Source: a virus (taxonomy: Duplodnaviria; Caudoviricetes). From it: DNA of 56,408 nucleotides. The stretch spans positions 1-56,408 of IMG/VR virus record IMGVR_UViG_3300032156_000011; one strand, written 5' to 3'. The notes under the pieces were generated by a model. That model was not told where the DNA came from. It worked only from the letters and a program-made list of their open reading frames with translations, and did no database searches. Position 1 is the stretch's first letter. Each line of letters opens with the position of its first letter. Position numbers and translations under genes: made by a program. Shown here one piece after another: positions 36,781-44,578 of this stretch.

Positions 36781-37460
36781 CACGGCGTCCTGGACCTCCG
36801 CCACGCATTTTCCCGTATCCTCCCCTCGGAGAACTCGTTGTAGTTGACCTCAGCAACGTCCAGGACCGGGTAGTCGCGCCCGGTTGCTCCCTGACAGACG
36901 GTCAACTCCAACTTGCGCAGCTTTTCAAGTTCGCCGCTGGCAAACTCGTTGTATGACGCCCGCACTTCGTCTGACAGGTCCACACCGATGCAGGTGCAGT
37001 TGTAGAACGCTCCCGCCAGGAATACGGCGATCTGACCCAGGAACGCCAGAGCGTCGGCGCTCTTTGGGCAGTTCAACTGATTCGAGGCGGCGAGGGCGGC
37101 GGATACCTTCGTTGACGTAAAGTTTAGGTATCCTTCGATGGTGGACCGCTGCTGCGCCGTCAGCGCAACGGCCCGGTAGTCGTCACCGGTGTCCCACAGG
37201 TTGTCCGTCCCGCCGATGAGCGAGGCCGTCAGCGTGTTGTAGGTCACGGCGGTTATCGTTCCCTGGCTGTTGTCGGTCAGGTTGTAGACGACCTGACCGA
37301 CGTTTGGAACGAACCCCATCTTCTGGAACTGCGCTCCGTTGTCAAGCAAGACGGTATCTCCGTTCCCGCCAGCGTGCTTTCCGGTCAGGACGGAAGCCGC
37401 ACAGAAGAACTGTGCCCACTCCCACGCTTCGGCATACCTGGTGGTCATGTTAAAGTCCAT
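36780..37460 (-). CDS. Head-tail adaptor-like protein with inserted beta domain
   Basis: RYAEAWE N-terminus and helical C-terminus; position after capsid genes. Confidence 0.65.
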   Translation of the reverse strand: MDFNMTTRYAEAWEWAQFFCAASVLTGKHAGGNGDTVLLDNGAQFQKMGFVPNVGQVVYNLTDNSQGTITAVTYNTLTASLIGGTDNLWDTGDDYRAVALTAQQRSTIEGYLNFTSTKVSAALAASNQLNCPKSADALAFLGQIAVFLAGAFYNCTCIGVDLSDEVRASYNEFASGELEKLRKLELTVCQGATGRDYPVLDVAEVNYNEFSEGRIRENAWRRSRTP

Positions 37461-37461
37461 C

Positions 37462-37491
37462 GGCGGGGTGGGTTGGAAGTCCCCACCCCGC
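37462..37491 (-). terminator. Intergenic hairpin (terminator or processing site)
   Basis: GCGGGGTGGG...CCCACCCCGC inverted repeat; no strong U tract. Confidence 0.4.
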
Positions 37492-37498
37492 TATCAGG

Positions 37499-37645
37499 TC
37501 ACTTTCCAACGATCCTCTCGACAGCCGCGAACACGGCGGCGGAGAACGCCTTGTCTTGCCGCGTCTCTTCGTCTTGCTCGTTGACAATCTGGCGCAGCTC
37601 AACGAGCGTTTTGGCGGTTTTCAATTGCTCGATCTTCTCTTCCAC
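37499..37645 (-). CDS. Small helical protein (48 aa), not in ORF track
   Basis: GGAGG RBS, GTG start: MEEKIEQLKTAKTLVELRQIVNEQ... Confidence 0.6.
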   Translation of the reverse strand: MEEKIEQLKTAKTLVELRQIVNEQDEETRQDKAFSAAVFAAVERIVGK

Positions 37646-37657
37646 TTCTTACCTCCC

Positions 37658-38626
37658 TTATGCCGGCGGCAAGATGGTCAGGCCATTGTCGCCGACCTCG
37701 GCCTCGGCAACGTCCGTGGCATAGTTCCCAGACCACACGTCGGCAGCACCACCAGCGTACCCGCCGACGATGGAATAGTCGCCTGGTAGATAGTTCCCGA
37801 CGACGAGATTGTCGTCCCCCGGGTTTCCGCCGACCGTCGTGTTGAGCACTTGCGTCATGCTGTAGGCGTAACCGGTCGGCTGGAACACGTTGCCGGAGAT
37901 CACCGACCCGTTGCAGGGGAAGATGGCCCCGTTGTCCGAATCCCAAAAGACGTTGCCGACGACGTGATTGCGGGAGGGGATAGCGAGGGGGGTGTCGTCG
38001 GCAAACAGCGGGATGGCCCCGCCGGGCGCGGCATTGTGGAACAGTTGGAAGACGTTGTTGACGATCCACACGTCGTAAGCGCCGTGCGACAGGATGCCGT
38101 ACAGCCCGACGGTCAAGCCGTCGAACAGGTTGTTCTGGATCACCGTGCGGATGGCGATGTCGTTTCCGGAGCCGTCCGTGTGGTGAATCTCGATGCAGGC
38201 GGAGGCGGATGGGCCGTAGAAGCGGAAACCCTCCACGCGCCAGCCGACGGCGTTCAGGCTCAGGCACGGCTCGTCCGCCGCCGCGCTTTCCCAGGCAGGG
38301 GAGTACGGGCCGTTCCCGCACCCCTGGATGGTCACGTAGGACCCGGTGTCGGGATAGTCGGGAGTGACCACGCTCTCCACGATGGGGGACAGGACCTTGA
38401 TCACGTCATAGTTTTGCAGGTTTGGATTGTCCACCGCCGCTTGCAGCGTGCGGAACGGACAGATAAAGTCCAGCCCGTCGCTCTGGTCGGTCGCTGCGGG
38501 GTTGGACGGGTCCACGTAAAAGATCCGCCCCCGCCCCCAAATCATCTGCGGTGACGCCCCCGTCCCCGGAACCCCCAGGACGATGGGGCGGCCCGCTTGC
38601 AATCCTTGCTGAATCTGCGGAAACAT
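37658..38626 (-). CDS. Right-handed beta-helix (pectate-lyase-like) virion protein
   Basis: IFYVDP...DG....PFRTLQAAVD; repeated I.NN.F / V.GN.F strands. Confidence 0.8.
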   Translation of the reverse strand: MFPQIQQGLQAGRPIVLGVPGTGASPQMIWGRGRIFYVDPSNPAATDQSDGLDFICPFRTLQAAVDNPNLQNYDVIKVLSPIVESVVTPDYPDTGSYVTIQGCGNGPYSPAWESAAADEPCLSLNAVGWRVEGFRFYGPSASACIEIHHTDGSGNDIAIRTVIQNNLFDGLTVGLYGILSHGAYDVWIVNNVFQLFHNAAPGGAIPLFADDTPLAIPSRNHVVGNVFWDSDNGAIFPCNGSVISGNVFQPTGYAYSMTQVLNTTVGGNPGDDNLVVGNYLPGDYSIVGGYAGGAADVWSGNYATDVAEAEVGDNGLTILPPA

Positions 38627-38635
38627 GCTTTCCTC

Positions 38636-38929
38636 CTATGCCCGCATAATCGTGCGCTGGCGGGCAGGCGTCTGGCGCTTGGACACGACGGTCGGCTTGG
38701 TGCTCAAGGCGGCGAGAAACGCCCGCGCCTTTTGCTCCTCAGCGAGGGGCCACAGGTGGGGGTCTTGCTTGCGCTCGGCGATGATCTGCTCGGCGATCTC
38801 TTTGGTCATGCCCCCGTAGCCCAGGCTCAGGAGGGCCTGGTGCGGCTCGCTGCCCACCCCGCCCCCGAACGCCGCCAGCGTCGCGCCGGTCATTCGCTCA
38901 ACATTCGATTGGTGTGTAATAGTCTTCAC
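38636..38929 (-). CDS. Hypothetical protein downstream of capsid
   Basis: AGGAGG RBS, GTG start MKTITHQS. Confidence 0.65.
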   Translation of the reverse strand: MKTITHQSNVERMTGATLAAFGGGVGSEPHQALLSLGYGGMTKEIAEQIIAERKQDPHLWPLAEEQKARAFLAALSTKPTVVSKRQTPARQRTIMRA

Positions 38930-38940
38930 GGTATCCTCCT

Positions 38941-40068
38941 CTACGCAGTCGTGCCGCTGCTGTAATAGATGCCCAGGGGATTCGTCACCCCCACCAGGGC
39001 GGGGTCGTCCCACGCGCCAACAATGTCCTCTACGTGGAACACGATGTCGCCGGTGCGCGAGTCGCCCATCGTGAAAGCGTCCGGGGCCGTTCCGCTCATG
39101 ATGCGGATGGTCGGCTGGTCCATGTAGACGACCGGCCCTGTCCACCCCTGCATGCCGACGACCGTGACGGTGTTGCAGCTCTCCGGCCCGGCGAACAGGT
39201 ACCAGGGGACGTTCGGGTTGGTGTAGGTGATGTAGGGGTCGATGTGGACGTTGGACTGGGGGAGGAAGGTCGCCATCGTGTTACCGTTCTGACCGCCGTA
39301 CTGAATCAGGTTTGAGAGGATTTCACTGGCCTGGATTTGCAGGATCGGCGGAATGACCAGGTGCAAACTGCGGAACGACAGCGGGCGGCCCTGCGGGTCT
39401 ACACGGCTCTGCATGGCCCCGACAGCGATGGTCAAGTTTGCCAGCGTCAAGCGGCCAGTGCCAGAAAACACCGGGGCGAGACCGACCAGGGTCGCTTGGG
39501 TGATGGGGTTGTCGTAAAGCGCCGACACCCACTCGTCTTTCCACCACAGCGCGGCCTGCGCCAATTCGACCGGGAATCGCATGAACTGCCCCAGGTCGTC
39601 GTTCTGGAACACCTGCCATGAAAAGTCGAATTGCCGGGAAAACTCCCCGACGCCGTACTCGATCATGTCCTCGTGGACCTCACCCGCCTCAGCGCCCTGC
39701 TTCTCGCCACGCGGGAGAAGCCCACCGGGGCGGCTCATGCGGAACCGCTGCACCTGGCGAAAGTCGGGCGCGGTGTCGGGGGTGGTGTACGCCCGCCACG
39801 TCCCGCCCAGGATTTGATACTGCTCCAGGAACATCCGCGAGATGGGGGCCTGGAAGTAGTCGAAAAAGTGGGCGGTGGTCATGGTTTCCGCCAACCGCGC
39901 CGGCCCCATCCGCGTCCCATCGCGCTCGATCTCGAGCAGCAGGCCCAGGTGTGTGTCCAACTCGGCGTCCGAGCGGGCGGGGGAGTTCACTTCTTTCCGG
40001 TCGGATTCTGACAGTCCGCGAAACTGCTTGTCCGCGTACTGTTGAATGAACTGTAAAATGTGTTGCAT
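38941..40068 (-). CDS. Major capsid protein (HK97 fold, Mu gpT-like)
   Basis: DFRQVQR, FSRQFDFSWQVFQNDDLG, HLVIPP; position after scaffold and cement genes. Confidence 0.85.
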   Translation of the reverse strand: MQHILQFIQQYADKQFRGLSESDRKEVNSPARSDAELDTHLGLLLEIERDGTRMGPARLAETMTTAHFFDYFQAPISRMFLEQYQILGGTWRAYTTPDTAPDFRQVQRFRMSRPGGLLPRGEKQGAEAGEVHEDMIEYGVGEFSRQFDFSWQVFQNDDLGQFMRFPVELAQAALWWKDEWVSALYDNPITQATLVGLAPVFSGTGRLTLANLTIAVGAMQSRVDPQGRPLSFRSLHLVIPPILQIQASEILSNLIQYGGQNGNTMATFLPQSNVHIDPYITYTNPNVPWYLFAGPESCNTVTVVGMQGWTGPVVYMDQPTIRIMSGTAPDAFTMGDSRTGDIVFHVEDIVGAWDDPALVGVTNPLGIYYSSGTTA

Positions 40069-40101
40069 TTCTCTCTGTCTCCTTTCTCTGTGTGGGGTGG
40101 T

Positions 40102-40611
40102 CTACGTCCCGCCGGCCCCACGCTGGATGATGACGCAGCGGACGGTGACGCCTTCCCTGGTGTTGCCCTTCGGGAAGGTGTCCCCCGCGTCGTTTGACCG
40201 GCCAACGTGACCGAACCGGGGGTTCGGGTCGCCGGCGCTGTTGTCGGCGGACAGGCTCAGGTGGCAGTCGTCGGGCATTGTCGCGCTGTCGTCGTAGTAG
40301 ACGGTATCGCCGACGTTGATCTCTCCCCATGTGTCCTCCGAACTCTGAGCGTAGGTCAGGACGTTGCGGACGTTGTGGCGATGCAGTTGGCCGGGATCGG
40401 CGTCCAGGATGATGCACGGAACGTCGCCGATGGTTAGCAGCGCCAGGATCGTCCCGGTGAGTTCCTCACCCCCCAGAACGTCGTCCAAGACCTTCGCTGC
40501 GTTTGATGGGATGACGGACGTTGAGTTTTCGAGACGATCAATCGGGATCGTCAGGTGGATCGGGTCCCCCTCGCTGGAGACCTGGTAATCGAGATGATAG
40601 GTGTCAAGCAT
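40102..40611 (-). CDS. Capsid cement/decoration protein (DUF2190-like)
   Basis: INVGDTVYYD...FG motif; between protease and MCP. Confidence 0.65.
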   Translation of the reverse strand: MLDTYHLDYQVSSEGDPIHLTIPIDRLENSTSVIPSNAAKVLDDVLGGEELTGTILALLTIGDVPCIILDADPGQLHRHNVRNVLTYAQSSEDTWGEINVGDTVYYDDSATMPDDCHLSLSADNSAGDPNPRFGHVGRSNDAGDTFPKGNTREGVTVRCVIIQRGAGGT

Positions 40612-40622
40612 GTCTTTCCTCC

Positions 40623-42392
40623 CTAAAGTTTTTTTTCTACTAGCGGGCAGGTTTGAAACCGTGCCCCGCCAGCACACGACCGCTGCGGTCGTTTGCCTCT
40701 TGGAGAGAGACCACCGTTTGGTTGTTTGAAACCGTGCTCCGCCAGCACACGACCTGAGCGGTCGTTTGCCTCTTGGAGAGATACCGTCGTTTGGTTCTGC
40801 GCGGTGAAACCTCCGCTCGGGTTTCCACTGCCGGTTTCACGCACCGCCCTTTCCGTCTCTCCCCTGATAGCCTCCCGCAGGTCGGCCTCGTCTGTGTACT
40901 GCCCGGATACCAGCCGGGTAACAGACTTGGGCGGCAGGGCCGTTTCAGCCAGTATTTCCAGGACGGCCTCTTGCCCCATCGCTACGGGCGGCGTTACCTC
41001 TGCAACTTGCTCCTCTGTTTCTACCTCCCCATCCCCACTCGCTGATTCGGCCAGGGATAGAACCTTCCCCCCCGCGCCGGCGGCGGATACGAAGTCAACG
41101 CGAGCGCCTGGCAAGATTTTCTCCACCAGGTCGTAGCTCTCTCCGCCCACCTGCCCCTTGCGCACGTTGCCGTTGCCGTAGATGGAAACCTCCATCGTGT
41201 TGAGTTGATTGGCGGCAGCCCGGCAGCGCGTCTTTTCTGCCAAGTTGGGGTCGTAGATGGTGGCTAAACCACGAAGCTCTTTTGTAGCCTCGTCCCACCA
41301 GTCCCGCGTGATGACGCCGACCTTCGTTCCTTCTCCGAGCGCGTTCGGGTCGTGGTCGGTAAGGAACATAGGAGCGCCGGTGAACGCGCCAGCGGATGCG
41401 GATAGCCCTGCGGGGGTATAGTACCTCCGGTCGCGCTTGTTTCCTGGGCCAGCCCGCACGATGGTCATTTCGACGGAAACGGGTGATCGCGGCCCGGTCA
41501 TTTCGATGGCGGCCTCTGCCAGGTCTGCAATGGCGGTAACGTCAACCACAGCGTCAACGAGACCGGACAGTTGGGCGTCCTCAGAGAACGCGGCCTCTGT
41601 CGTTTCGCTCTCTGATGTGGTGGGTTGGGCAGGTTCTTCCGCTCCCTCCGTCTGCCCAACTCCGAGGACTTTGTAGGTTCGCACAACGCGCTCCCACTCG
41701 CTGCGGTCAGAGAACTCGAAACCGCTGTCTGGCGTCTCCTCGTAGCCCACCCGGTACATCACGTCGCCGGGGTATTCGACCACGACAAGGGAAGAACCCA
41801 TGTCCGGGTCCTCGTTGAAAATGCTCATGGGGCACAGGTAAGAAACAGACCTGCCGGTCTGGTCGTACTGGGTCGGGAACTCTTCATTGAACGCCCGCTC
41901 CACTCGGCGGCAATAGTCCTGCAGGGACCCGTCGAACTCTGCCAACCCAGCGCTCTCAGCAACCGGCCAATCCATCTCCTCCTCAGCGTACAGCCGCTTG
42001 AGCGCCGCAATCGCCTGACGCTTGTTTGGGCCGGCGTACTTTTTCCCCCGGAACCCCTGCGGGCTGAGTAGGGCGGCGTGCGCCGCTCCCATCAGTTGGT
42101 GGTCGGGCTTCCCGTTCTTCTTTACCTGCAAGTGCCAGGTCGAGGCCGCCTGCGGCTCCTCCACGACCAGGAAGTCGGACGCCGGATACCGTACCCCGCC
42201 AATGGTCTTGTACTTTTGGGCCTCGGCGACGGGGGCGTCGGCCAACGTCGGCAGCGCGGCTTCCATTGCCAGGAAAAAGCTGCGGGCGCGCTGGGGGGTG
42301 ATCTCTGGGGTGGCGCTCTCAGACGACAGCGCAAGGCCGGTCTCGACGGCGGCCTGCGCCAGTTCTCGCAAACTCGTAAATTGTGGCAGCAT
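40623..42392 (-). CDS. Prohead protease/scaffold protein
   Basis: IVRAGPGN..RRYY, MFLTDH, EVSI, VDFVSAAGAGG; acidic scaffold C-terminus. Confidence 0.8.
   Translation of the reverse strand: MLPQFTSLRELAQAAVETGLALSSESATPEITPQRARSFFLAMEAALPTLADAPVAEAQKYKTIGGVRYPASDFLVVEEPQAASTWHLQVKKNGKPDHQLMGAAHAALLSPQGFRGKKYAGPNKRQAIAALKRLYAEEEMDWPVAESAGLAEFDGSLQDYCRRVERAFNEEFPTQYDQTGRSVSYLCPMSIFNEDPDMGSSLVVVEYPGDVMYRVGYEETPDSGFEFSDRSEWERVVRTYKVLGVGQTEGAEEPAQPTTSESETTEAAFSEDAQLSGLVDAVVDVTAIADLAEAAIEMTGPRSPVSVEMTIVRAGPGNKRDRRYYTPAGLSASAGAFTGAPMFLTDHDPNALGEGTKVGVITRDWWDEATKELRGLATIYDPNLAEKTRCRAAANQLNTMEVSIYGNGNVRKGQVGGESYDLVEKILPGARVDFVSAAGAGGKVLSLAESASGDGEVETEEQVAEVTPPVAMGQEAVLEILAETALPPKSVTRLVSGQYTDEADLREAIRGETERAVRETGSGNPSGGFTAQNQTTVSLQEANDRSGRVLAEHGFKQPNGGLSPRGKRPQRSCAGGARFQTCPLVEKKL
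40651..40797. repeat. ~73-bp imperfect tandem duplication
   Basis: Copies start at 40651 and 40724. Confidence 0.9.
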
Positions 42393-42417
42393 ATCGCTCT
42401 CCTCTGCGCACCTGCGC

Positions 42418-42471
42418 AAATAAAAAGCCGCCAGCATCGCCCCGGATTGCTCCTGAGCGATACTGGCGGCT
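42418..42471 (-). terminator. Rho-independent terminator-like hairpin in capsid-operon leader
   Basis: AGCCGCCAGTATCGCT...GGCGATGCTGGCGGCT followed by TTTTATTT. Confidence 0.65.
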
Positions 42472-42505
42472 AGGTTTCCCTTTTCCCGCGCTATTCGTTT
42501 GTATG

Positions 42506-42534
42506 ATTATAGCAGAAGTCAATCAAAAAGTCAA
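42506..42534 (-). promoter_or_regulatory. Sigma70 promoter for capsid operon
   Basis: TTGACT-17 bp-TATAAT with TGC extended -10. Confidence 0.8.
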
Positions 42535-43277
42535 GAGGCAAAATCTAGGTCGTATGTGTCACCTCTATTGAATGGCGAGACGAATGTACCCACCCTCCAA
42601 CCGAGCATGAATAGAGACGGCTTCCAGTACGGAGGCGTCCACCCACACAGCGAGGGCGCGCTCGGCCATAGCAGTTCTGTGGCGGCCGGCATGGGGCGAA
42701 GCAACTTGGATTCGCTCTGCCAAATCTCCTCATCGGTGTACGCGGTGCTATCCACTGTAACGCCACGCACGCGGGCCAGGCGCAGCTTGCCAATGTGCGT
42801 GAAGTTGGCGAGAAACGATTGCACCAGTTCCTTGTTACCGATGCAGCGGGCCTCATAGGTGTTGCACACCCGCGTCGGGGTCGGCATGCGCCGTTCCATC
42901 CAGGGACCGTTCCGAGTCGTCAAGTTCGCCTTGTTGTGCATGCTTCCGTCCGAGTTGCGCTTGTGGCGGATATAGGTATCCTCGACGTTCGGGCCAACCG
43001 GGTATAGAATTGAGGCGGCCCACAATGGGAAACCCGCCTCACTGCGCCACAGCATCTTTAGCGGCAACGGTATCCAGTACCCCTTCTCGCAATCAGGAAT
43101 CAAGTGGCCCTCCGTCGCTCTCTCCACCAGAGCGCGGGCCAGCAGGCCGTCAAAGTGAATCTGGTCGTAACTGACCATGTGGCTATTCGGCGCGAGATTG
43201 AACGTCACGCGCAACGGCTCGTAAGCGGCCTGCGCGAACGGCACGGTGTACTGGTCAAGTTCCGGCAAGTGGTTCAT
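42531..43277 (-). CDS. csf3: Type IV CRISPR-associated Csf3 (Cas5-like RAMP)
   Basis: PLRVTF.L...IHFDGLLA, PLPL...WAAS, HIGK.R, LLRPMP, GWTPPYW. Confidence 0.8.
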   Translation of the reverse strand: MNHLPELDQYTVPFAQAAYEPLRVTFNLAPNSHMVSYDQIHFDGLLARALVERATEGHLIPDCEKGYWIPLPLKMLWRSEAGFPLWAASILYPVGPNVEDTYIRHKRNSDGSMHNKANLTTRNGPWMERRMPTPTRVCNTYEARCIGNKELVQSFLANFTHIGKLRLARVRGVTVDSTAYTDEEIWQSESKLLRPMPAATELLWPSAPSLCGWTPPYWKPSLFMLGWRVGTFVSPFNRGDTYDLDFAS

Positions 43278-44062
43278 ATCATCCTCCGTATTTTTGGAAA
43301 GTCAATCGCCAGCGCATCGAACTTATCTGGAGCGATTTGCTTCAGGAAGGAGAACCGACCCAAGTTTGATGCGCTCTCGCCCAAGAGCATCGAGACTCGC
43401 CACTGCTTTCGCGGTATCCCAAGTTTTGCGTAAGTATCGTACACCGCATTGTACTGCAAGTTGCGTGATGCAATGTAGGCCCAAATGTCATAATCGTCCC
43501 ACCTGGAAATAGGGGTGAAGTGGTAATGCGTCTCCCCTTCTACGAATTGATACTTTATCGGGTAGAACTGTCCGTTCACGAGACTGGACATTCTGCGCCC
43601 GGCGCTCTCCCCCGCCCGCAACCCCATCGTAACCGTGTCCAGATTGAACATCCTCACGAAACGGTAACTTGGCTCCCCCACCATGAAGGCGAAAAAGTCA
43701 ACCGTGTCGTCTACCACTTCTGCCGCGTGTCCCCAATACCCGAATTTGCGGCACAGATCGGCAAGCGTCTGTTCCGATTCTAGTACCGTCACGGTTGGAT
43801 AGTGGTCGCGCAAGAGTTGGGCGTTCTGGTCGTACTCGGTCTCGCTTCCGCTAGAGAAGTATGCGGCGGGCACGTCCGGGAATATCCGCCGCACCAGGTC
43901 GAGCGTAACCGTGCTATCCTTCCCCGTGCTGAACGATACGCCGACCAGATGCTCTGCTACCACCTGAGCTATCAAGTCAATGGCGCGATCCACCTTCCGC
44001 TTGAACGCGGGAAGGCGGCTGTATGCCAGGTCGCCTATCGTCACAGCGCGAGTTTCGGTCAC
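43274..44062 (-). CDS. cysH: CysH-like (PAPS reductase family) protein of type IV-B locus
   Basis: VSFSTGKDSTV PP-loop, MGLRAGESAGR, TPISRWDDYDIWAYI...YNAVYD. Confidence 0.85.
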   Translation of the reverse strand: MTETRAVTIGDLAYSRLPAFKRKVDRAIDLIAQVVAEHLVGVSFSTGKDSTVTLDLVRRIFPDVPAAYFSSGSETEYDQNAQLLRDHYPTVTVLESEQTLADLCRKFGYWGHAAEVVDDTVDFFAFMVGEPSYRFVRMFNLDTVTMGLRAGESAGRRMSSLVNGQFYPIKYQFVEGETHYHFTPISRWDDYDIWAYIASRNLQYNAVYDTYAKLGIPRKQWRVSMLLGESASNLGRFSFLKQIAPDKFDALAIDFPKIRRMI

Positions 44063-44119
44063 TTGCCTTGATCCCTCGACCCACCCCCACCAGAGGACGG
44101 GCCAACTGGCTTTTGCTGG

Positions 44120-44347
44120 CTACACATAAGGACACCCCCTTTCCCCGGACAGATGGAACGTGTAGAGCCTGCCCGCATCATCCTCCCACAATAGTAATTG
44201 AAAGTCCTCCAACGCGGGCAGGCGACGCATGACTGTGCTGCGCGGACAATCTAGCAGTTGCGCGATAGCAGCGGGTATAACACCGGGATTCAATTCCACA
44301 GCGTTATAGATTCTCTCAGCCTCCTCCACGTCTACCATCCGGCACAT
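44120..44347 (-). CDS. Small winged-HTH protein (paralog of 44332-44577)
   Basis: IYNAVELNPGVIPAAIAQLLDCPRSTVMRRLPALE...LLWEDDAGRLY. Confidence 0.75.
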   Translation of the reverse strand: MCRMVDVEEAERIYNAVELNPGVIPAAIAQLLDCPRSTVMRRLPALEDFQLLLWEDDAGRLYTFHLSGERGCPYV

Positions 44348-44577
44348 GTTCCCCCTACTCTCACGAATTGGTAGAGCCTATCATGATCGTCTTCGTACAG
44401 AAGCATGCCGTATTTCTCCAACGTTGGCAACAACTTCTGGGCGCTACCCCTGCATCTGAATCCGGCCAACCTACCCGCCGCAGCAGGGATTACCCCCGGA
44501 TTGCTGGCAACCGCTTCGTACAACGCCAGGCAACGGCGGTACTTTTCGTCACGAGTAAGCCCACCCCGATGCGGCAT
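44332..44577 (-). CDS. Small winged-HTH protein
   Basis: LYEAVASNPGVIPAAAGRLAG...KLLPTLEKYGMLLYEDDHDRLY. Confidence 0.75.
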   Translation of the reverse strand: MPHRGGLTRDEKYRRCLALYEAVASNPGVIPAAAGRLAGFRCRGSAQKLLPTLEKYGMLLYEDDHDRLYQFVRVGGTCAGW

Positions 44578-44578
44578 G

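Noticed and set aside
43274-44062. CysH as an auxiliary sulfur-assimilation gene
   Set aside because: It is coupled to csf3 inside the Cas operon, there are no other cys genes, and it lacks the C-terminal ECGLH motif of true PAPS reductases.
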